Shown piece after piece: positions 58,696-64,000 of a stretch of 64,000 nucleotides of DNA (position 1 is its first letter; every line of letters starts with the position of its first letter). The translations under genes were made by a program, and so were the position numbers. The stretch covers positions 108,915-172,914 of the forward strand of contig JBBABX010000002.1 in NCBI GenBank assembly GCA_041657405.1, given 5' to 3'. Origin of the DNA: Minisyncoccota bacterium (GTDB taxonomy: Bacteria; Patescibacteriota; Minisyncoccia; Phycocordibacterales; XYD1-FULL-46-19). The notes below the pieces were generated by a model that saw only the letters and a list, made by a program, of their open reading frames with translations, searched no databases and was not told where the DNA came from.

Positions 58696-61600
58696 ATGCA
58701 ATTTTTAGATAAAGAATGGTCAAAAAAGCACTTAGAGGATATCAAAAAGAAAGCTGATAAGCGTTACACACCAGAATTAAATGTTGAGCTTCCTATATCT
58801 GAGATTTTTGACGGACTTGGTCGTACTAAGGCTTTTTATACAACGGTGCAATCTCACTACGGGAAACTTTTTAAAAGATTTAGGTCAATAACCAGTGTTT
58901 ATAAAAATAGAAAAATTCAAAGAACATTTAATTCTTTTGCTCGAAATGTAAAAGAGCTATTAGATATTCTAGAAAACGTAAAGAAGTACGAGACAACACA
59001 GATCCCGTGGAAAAAAATTAATTCGCTTGCTGAAAAATCACAGTCTTATTCTTGGAAACTTTCTGACCAAATTAGAAAGGAAAAAGAAAAACCTGTCCAA
59101 AAAGAATTGCTTAAACCAGAAGAACCTTATACTTATCCAAGAACCAATGCTGATATATTCAACTCTGATCTACACGATATAACAGAAGTTCAAAGGGAGC
59201 TTAGATTTTTTATAGACTTTAGTAAAAGCACTTCCGCAGAAACTTCAAATAGACCATTTCTGTTGGTTAATGGACTAGCCGGATCTGGCAAGACACACTT
59301 GCTGTGTGATTTGGTTAAACATCGAATTGATAAGGGCTACGCTCCTACTGTTCTAAGCTTCGGTGAATTTTTTGAAGGCAGTGATGATATTTGGTTCAAA
59401 ATGGCCAAACAGTTTGGGTTGAATCCCGTAAAATGGAATAAGGACAAAATACTAAAAGAACTTGATAATAAGGGTAAGTCTACAAAAAGCAGGTCAATCT
59501 TAATGATTGATGCTTTAAATGAATCGAGGCCATTATCTTTTTGGAACAGTAAACTTAAAAAGCTTCTTGCTGATATTCGCAAATATCCAAATGTGGCTCT
59601 CGTAGCAACTATCCGTTCAGGTTTTGAGAAAGATGTAATAAATGAAAATGTTAAGAAACAATTTACCCAAGAAGAGCATCGGGGCTTTGAATTTCAAGAA
59701 TGGGAAGCTGTAACAAAATTCTTTAAAGAGTTTTCATTACCCCTTCCAGAAATCCCTCTCTTAACTCCTGAGTTTCAAAATCCGCTTTTCCTTCTATTAT
59801 TTTGCAAAGCATTTGAGAACACAGCCGGAAAGAAACAGAAAAAGTCATTCAAAGGTCAGGAAGGTGCTACACATATTTTTGAAAAGTATGTTGATTCGGT
59901 CTCAAAGAAAATTGAGAAAAAGTTTAAAATTGATCACGGGCCAGGAAAGAATATCTGGGATACGGTAATAGAAAAGATTGCCGAACAAATGGTTAATAAA
60001 AATGTAGACAGATTATTTGCGGATGATATTTTGAAGTTAATCAAAAAAGCTCACCCTGCACTTGGTGAAAGTACTCTTTTAGATGATTGCGAAAAGAACT
60101 TTTTACTGGTTAAAGTTCCACATTATGTACCAGAAACAGGTACTTCAGCAGGCTTTGATTATCGTTTTCCTTTCCAGAGGTTTAGTGACCATTTAGTCGG
60201 AAGATCTCTTTTTAAGAAGTATGAAAAGGAGTTTGGTAAAACAAACAAAAATATTTCCACTGCAACTAAATTCTTTTCAAAAAGAAGGAAGCTAGGAAAA
60301 TTTTTAAGTCGTGGAATTAACCGAGGAATCATAGAAGCTCTATTTATTCAGTGTCCTGAACAACTCAAAGGTGTTGAGTTTTTTGAGGTGGCTCCACATG
60401 TAAAGGACTACCTAGCTAAAGATGCTTTTGTTCAAAGTATCGTATGGAGACAACCATCAGCATTTTCTTCAGATCTTAAAAAACCACTCGAATTTATAAA
60501 TAGAAGAATATTAGCATTTGGAGACGGAAACTCAGCAATCTTAAACGCTTTTCTATCTGTAGCCGTCGTTCCCTCACATCCATTTAATGCAGAATTTCTC
60601 CATAAGCATTTAATGAAGATGAAGATGCCAGCCAGAGATGCTTGGTGGTCAGTGTTTCTTCATGACGAACACAAAGACAGAAACGCAGTAGATCGACTGC
60701 TTAAGTGGAGTTGGTCTGATCAAGAATTATGCCATCTCACAGACGACTCAATCTTTTTAACCGCGATTACGCTTGCTTGGTTCTTAACTACACCGAACCG
60801 TTTTGTTAGAGACAAGGCGACTAAAGGTTTAGTGACTCTGCTACAAAATAGATTAAACCTCGTTAAAAGGCTTTTGGAAAAGTTTGAGAACGTAGATGAC
60901 CCTTATATTACGGAGCGATTATTCGCTGTTGCCTATGGGAGTATTCTTAGAAACCAAAAAGATACAGCTAATATAAAAACCATAGCTGTTTATACCTACA
61001 ACAAGTTTTTTAAGAGCAACAGACCACCTGTACATGCTTTGATTCGAGATTATGCTCGTGGAATTATTGAAGCCGCTAGACTAAACAAAATTAATTTCCG
61101 TCATTCCATTAAGAATACCGAACCCCCTTATCAGAGTACTTGGCCTACCAAAATACCTAGTAAGAAAACCTTAAATAAAAAATATAGTTTGGAGGATTAT
61201 TCCATAACAGAAAATAGTTTCCGTAGTGTCTGGTCATCATTAACCTTTGATGATTTTGGTAGGTACGAAATTGAATCACATCTTGGCTATTGGTCTGGAA
61301 GAAAATTAAACGTGGCAGAACCTGATAGAAAGGAAATATATAAAAAATTTAAGAGTGGTTTAACGAAGAAACAAAATGATTTGTTGGGCAAGGCAACTAA
61401 TATATTCTTTGGGATAAACATTAATAAAATAATGGCTCAAGTTAGGTTTGTAACCCCGGGGGAAAATAACGAAGTGGATGAGAAAGAAGAAAAAAAGAAC
61501 GAAGCGAAAGCAAAGAAAGAGAGAAAAGAACTTCTTGTAAACTTCAAGAATTCACTAAGTTTTAAAAAGCGTAAATATTTTGAAACAGAAATAGAGCCTT

Positions 61601-62838
61601 TTCTCGACGACCGTGGGTCTATTGAGGATCCTCGTGAGCGTTTTGATACCTCCCTTGCTCCAAGATGGATATTTAATCGTGTTATAGAGCTAGGTTACGA
61701 CCCAGAAATTCATGGAAAGTTTGATAATCGAGTTAACCGCTATGATAGTAGTGGCAGATCAAACCATAAAGCAGAGAGAATTGGTAAAAAATATCAGTGG
61801 ATTGCTTTGCATGAATTTACTGCCTTAGTAGCAGACCATTTTGAATTTACAGGTCGATACTGGGGCAGAAGTGGAGGAAAATATCTTGGCGCATGGAACC
61901 CATACATTAGGGATATAGATCCATCTTTGCTCATACAAAATGACAACAAAATAAAAGCAGAAGCAGAATTTAAAAATTGGAATAGTGGTCATGGAAAATA
62001 TGACGGTTGGTTGAAAGAAAGGAGTGATACGAAGTGGCTCCAAAAGAAATCCGATTTGCCTGATCCAAGAGAGATAATCAATATTACGGATGATACTGGT
62101 AGAAATTGGCTAGCTCTTAAAGGTATATTTGTTTGGCAACAAGAAACCCCACCAGAGCGAGAAAAATATGATTATCCTACTCGTGAATTGTTTTATATCT
62201 TAAAGAGCTTTATTGTCAAAAAGAAAGACTTAAAAAAGATTACTACTTGGGTAAAAAGCAAGGGCTTTGGTAATTGGTTGCCTGAATCAAATAACTGGTA
62301 CGAAACATTTATAGGTGAATTTCCAAATTCATCCTCCTTCGAAGATATGCGTGGCGACTTTAATGTATGGACTAAATCAAGTGATAAAGCTGTAGAAATA
62401 AGCAAGATTCCTTTGGTAGTGACTGACGATGGCTATTTAAATGAATTTACTCTCGATTGCTCGAGAGATGAAGGTATATCTATAATGCTTCCCTCAAAAT
62501 TCATTGTTAAAAAAATGAAATTGAAACAACCTGAGTTGGATGGAAGATTTCGAGATAAAAAAGGAAAGGTGGTAATGTACGCAACGAGTGTTTCTGAAGA
62601 AAACACACCTTCTGCGCTTATAGCTGACAAAAAAGAATTTTTAGAATTTTTGAATAAAAACGGATTAGCAGTCTTCTGGACTTTACTAGCAGAAAAGCAG
62701 TTTATTGGAGGAAGTAGATCGGGAATGGACGGATATAAAGGACGGTTGGAAACTTCTGGAATTTATTACTTTGACTCCAAAGACAGACTAAAAGGAACTA
62801 TGAATTCGAAATTTGATTCACCAAAGAAGAAATCCTAA
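58696..62838 (+). CDS. 1380-aa STAND/NACHT-like P-loop NTPase with long C-terminal helical region (candidate antiphage defence protein)
   Basis: Walker A LLVNGLAGSGKTHLL at ~aa 195; Walker B ILMIDALNE; sensor-like VALVATIRSG; about 1000-aa C-terminal region of unknown function. Located in a mobile island beside the R-M system. Confidence 0.55.
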   Translation: MQFLDKEWSKKHLEDIKKKADKRYTPELNVELPISEIFDGLGRTKAFYTTVQSHYGKLFKRFRSITSVYKNRKIQRTFNSFARNVKELLDILENVKKYETTQIPWKKINSLAEKSQSYSWKLSDQIRKEKEKPVQKELLKPEEPYTYPRTNADIFNSDLHDITEVQRELRFFIDFSKSTSAETSNRPFLLVNGLAGSGKTHLLCDLVKHRIDKGYAPTVLSFGEFFEGSDDIWFKMAKQFGLNPVKWNKDKILKELDNKGKSTKSRSILMIDALNESRPLSFWNSKLKKLLADIRKYPNVALVATIRSGFEKDVINENVKKQFTQEEHRGFEFQEWEAVTKFFKEFSLPLPEIPLLTPEFQNPLFLLLFCKAFENTAGKKQKKSFKGQEGATHIFEKYVDSVSKKIEKKFKIDHGPGKNIWDTVIEKIAEQMVNKNVDRLFADDILKLIKKAHPALGESTLLDDCEKNFLLVKVPHYVPETGTSAGFDYRFPFQRFSDHLVGRSLFKKYEKEFGKTNKNISTATKFFSKRRKLGKFLSRGINRGIIEALFIQCPEQLKGVEFFEVAPHVKDYLAKDAFVQSIVWRQPSAFSSDLKKPLEFINRRILAFGDGNSAILNAFLSVAVVPSHPFNAEFLHKHLMKMKMPARDAWWSVFLHDEHKDRNAVDRLLKWSWSDQELCHLTDDSIFLTAITLAWFLTTPNRFVRDKATKGLVTLLQNRLNLVKRLLEKFENVDDPYITERLFAVAYGSILRNQKDTANIKTIAVYTYNKFFKSNRPPVHALIRDYARGIIEAARLNKINFRHSIKNTEPPYQSTWPTKIPSKKTLNKKYSLEDYSITENSFRSVWSSLTFDDFGRYEIESHLGYWSGRKLNVAEPDRKEIYKKFKSGLTKKQNDLLGKATNIFFGININKIMAQVRFVTPGENNEVDEKEEKKNEAKAKKERKELLVNFKNSLSFKKRKYFETEIEPFLDDRGSIEDPRERFDTSLAPRWIFNRVIELGYDPEIHGKFDNRVNRYDSSGRSNHKAERIGKKYQWIALHEFTALVADHFEFTGRYWGRSGGKYLGAWNPYIRDIDPSLLIQNDNKIKAEAEFKNWNSGHGKYDGWLKERSDTKWLQKKSDLPDPREIINITDDTGRNWLALKGIFVWQQETPPEREKYDYPTRELFYILKSFIVKKKDLKKITTWVKSKGFGNWLPESNNWYETFIGEFPNSSSFEDMRGDFNVWTKSSDKAVEISKIPLVVTDDGYLNEFTLDCSRDEGISIMLPSKFIVKKMKLKQPELDGRFRDKKGKVVMYATSVSEENTPSALIADKKEFLEFLNKNGLAVFWTLLAEKQFIGGSRSGMDGYKGRLETSGIYYFDSKDRLKGTMNSKFDSPKKKS

Positions 62839-63258
62839 GGACTGTCACTTTTGTCACTTTTATGAACACAGAAGATAAGAAAAATCCTAAAAATTGGACA
62901 ACGGAAGAAACAGATAGAGTTGTTGCTGTATTTCAATGGTTACTAGATCAAGATAGAAAGCAAAACCCTCATTTATATACAAAGAAAGCTACTCTCGAGA
63001 AGGGTCGATTAAGGAGTCAGAAAGAGCTAAAATGAGCCTTACAGGGCAATATATCCTTGGGTCGCATCACGAGAAGGCTCACCAAATTAATGAACAAGAT
63101 GCGAAGCATCGGTGATTATAATTTTGTAGACTCTACAGGAAGTCGAAAGACGGAAGCGGTATACAAGACGAGCGAAGCGAGTGCTTGTCGCTGAGTCGGG
63201 GTCGAGAGTATTTTGGCTTTTGCAAGTCTTCCGAGCAAAAGACTTAGTAACTCGTGAC

Positions 63259-63278
63259 CGACTCCCCGTAGGGTCACA
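63259..63278. repeat. attR-like 20-bp direct repeat of tRNA-Glu 3' end
   Basis: Identical to 48018-48037. Confidence 0.8.
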
Positions 63279-63576
63279 CGAGCAAAAAACAAGCCAACTA
63301 CTTTACTTGAAAATGAAACGCAAAGTCAGAAACATGTTTTTTAACAGAAAAAACAGTAAAGTCGAGTTTGTAAAATCTACTAGTAACTGATGAGTGAATT
63401 ATTGTGAACCTCTATAATTTTAGGCGCAAAGCATTTCTAGGGAAGTTTTTTGGTGGTTTTTTACTTCTAAATCTGCTAATTTATAACTATAAAATTTAAA
63501 GGGAAAAATGACTTTCACCCAAGATGAAATCACTTGAGACTGAAAGTAGGATAATTACCAATCATAAAAAATAATT

Positions 63577-63666
63577 GGAAAGGTGGCTGAGTGGTCGAAG
63601 GCACCGCACTCGAAATGCGGTGAGGGAGCAATCCCTCCGTGGGTTCGAATCCCACCCTTTCCGCCA
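63577..63666 (+). tRNA. tRNA-Ser(CGA) with encoded CCA
   Basis: Acceptor GGAAAGG/CCTTTCC, D-arm GCTGAGTGGTCGAAGGC, anticodon stem CCGCA/TGCGG with loop CTCGAAA, long variable arm, T-loop GGTTCGAATCC, 3' GCCA. Confidence 0.85.
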
Positions 63667-63725
63667 AGACAACTAAGTATCGGAGTGACCCGAGTACTTC
63701 AAAACACCCCCTTGTGGGTGTTTTG

Positions 63726-64000
63726 TTATTCTTCCTCTTTATCTACCTCTAATCTCAACCTTGCTCCCTCCACAAGCTCTGTATAGGTTGTAATATCAAT
63801 ATTCTTTAGTGAAGCTTTTATTTCTTTGTACGCATCTTCAGCGTTTTTCTCATAATCAGATTTTGTTACTTTTGCTTTAGTGGTTGAAGATAATTCAGAA
63901 TAAGGTTTAACTATTCTCTGAATAGAACCTATTACTATTAATGCCCTTGGTCTACATATTGATAGAGTAATAGTTCCACCAACTTTTGCTTCGATAAATT
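63726..64000 (-). CDS. hypothetical protein, C-terminal 91 codons (5' part beyond window)
   Basis: Open frame from the window edge to TAA at 63726-63728, ending ...ITTYTELVEGARLRLEVDKEEE. Confidence 0.4.
   Translation of the reverse strand, partial: FIEAKVGGTITLSICRPRALIVIGSIQRIVKPYSELSSTTKAKVTKSDYEKNAEDAYKEIKASLKNIDITTYTELVEGARLRLEVDKEEE

Larger units (their letters stand above)
48018..63278. mobile_element. integrated genomic island (~15.3 kb; phage-satellite/defence-island-like) inserted at tRNA-Glu 3' end
   Basis: Exact 20-bp direct repeat CGACTCCCCGTAGGGTCACA at 48018-48037 (tRNA 3' end) and 63259-63278. Contents: serine recombinase, Type I R-M, TerS-like, ParB-MTase, GIY-YIG, XRE regulators and a giant NTPase. 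Confidence 0.65.

Noticed and set aside
62862-63035. 57-aa ORF (MNTEDKKNPKNW...) after the giant NTPase gene
   Set aside because: Short, no clear RBS and no motif. Cannot support it as a gene, though it could be a small island-encoded protein.
63181-63390. 69-aa ORF spanning the attR repeat
   Set aside because: No RBS and low-complexity composition; covers the repeat. Likely non-coding.
63583-63786. 67-aa plus ORF
   Set aside because: Reads through tRNA-Ser(CGA); spurious.
1-64000. CRISPR arrays or rRNA genes
   Set aside because: No regularly spaced direct repeats and no rRNA-like conserved stretches seen anywhere in the window.

Overview
This is a low-GC bacterial chromosome segment (~33-36% GC by eye). 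Standard genetic code. The many trimmed-down housekeeping genes and small membrane proteins suggest a reduced-genome lineage, possibly Patescibacteria/CPR-like (inference). No rRNA and no CRISPR array were seen.

Core content of positions 1-47,900: dnaX (partial), dus, capA-like, dacA-like, serS, dprA, topA, relA/spoT (short form), parB, miaA, clpB, cysteine desulfurase, infB, rbfA, gyrA, rpsA, pth, lepB, hisS, bS21, ybeY, ftsA, ftsZ, trxB and a ZIP transporter. I identified nine tRNA genes by hand and one unlisted ribosomal protein gene, rpmG (L33), that the ORF track missed.

Accessory content:
1. An integrated element of about 15.3 kb sits in the 3' end of tRNA-Glu (47,963-48,034), bounded by an exact 20-bp direct repeat of the tRNA 3' end at 63,259-63,278. 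It carries an XRE regulator, a complete Type I R-M system (hsdM, two inserted ORFs, hsdS, hsdR), a large serine recombinase, a GIY-YIG/T5orf172 protein, a TerS-like HTH protein, a ParB-nuclease-domain/DNA-methyltransferase fusion, a second XRE regulator and a 1380-aa STAND/NACHT-like P-loop NTPase. The NTPase is the best candidate for an undescribed defence protein.
2. A tRNA-rich accessory patch at 27,300-32,740: two copies of a ~42-50 bp palindrome with a GCGGCCGC core bracket a wHTH/Cas2-like gene and two tRNAs; a high-GC three-gene module (46-aa membrane peptide, SPFH-like protein, membrane protein) bounded by a consensus promoter and a terminator; and five tandem paralogous small double-TM proteins.
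3. A membrane-anchored ClpB-like paralogue with a degenerate first ATPase domain.

All functional calls rest on motif recognition by eye. No database searches were run.
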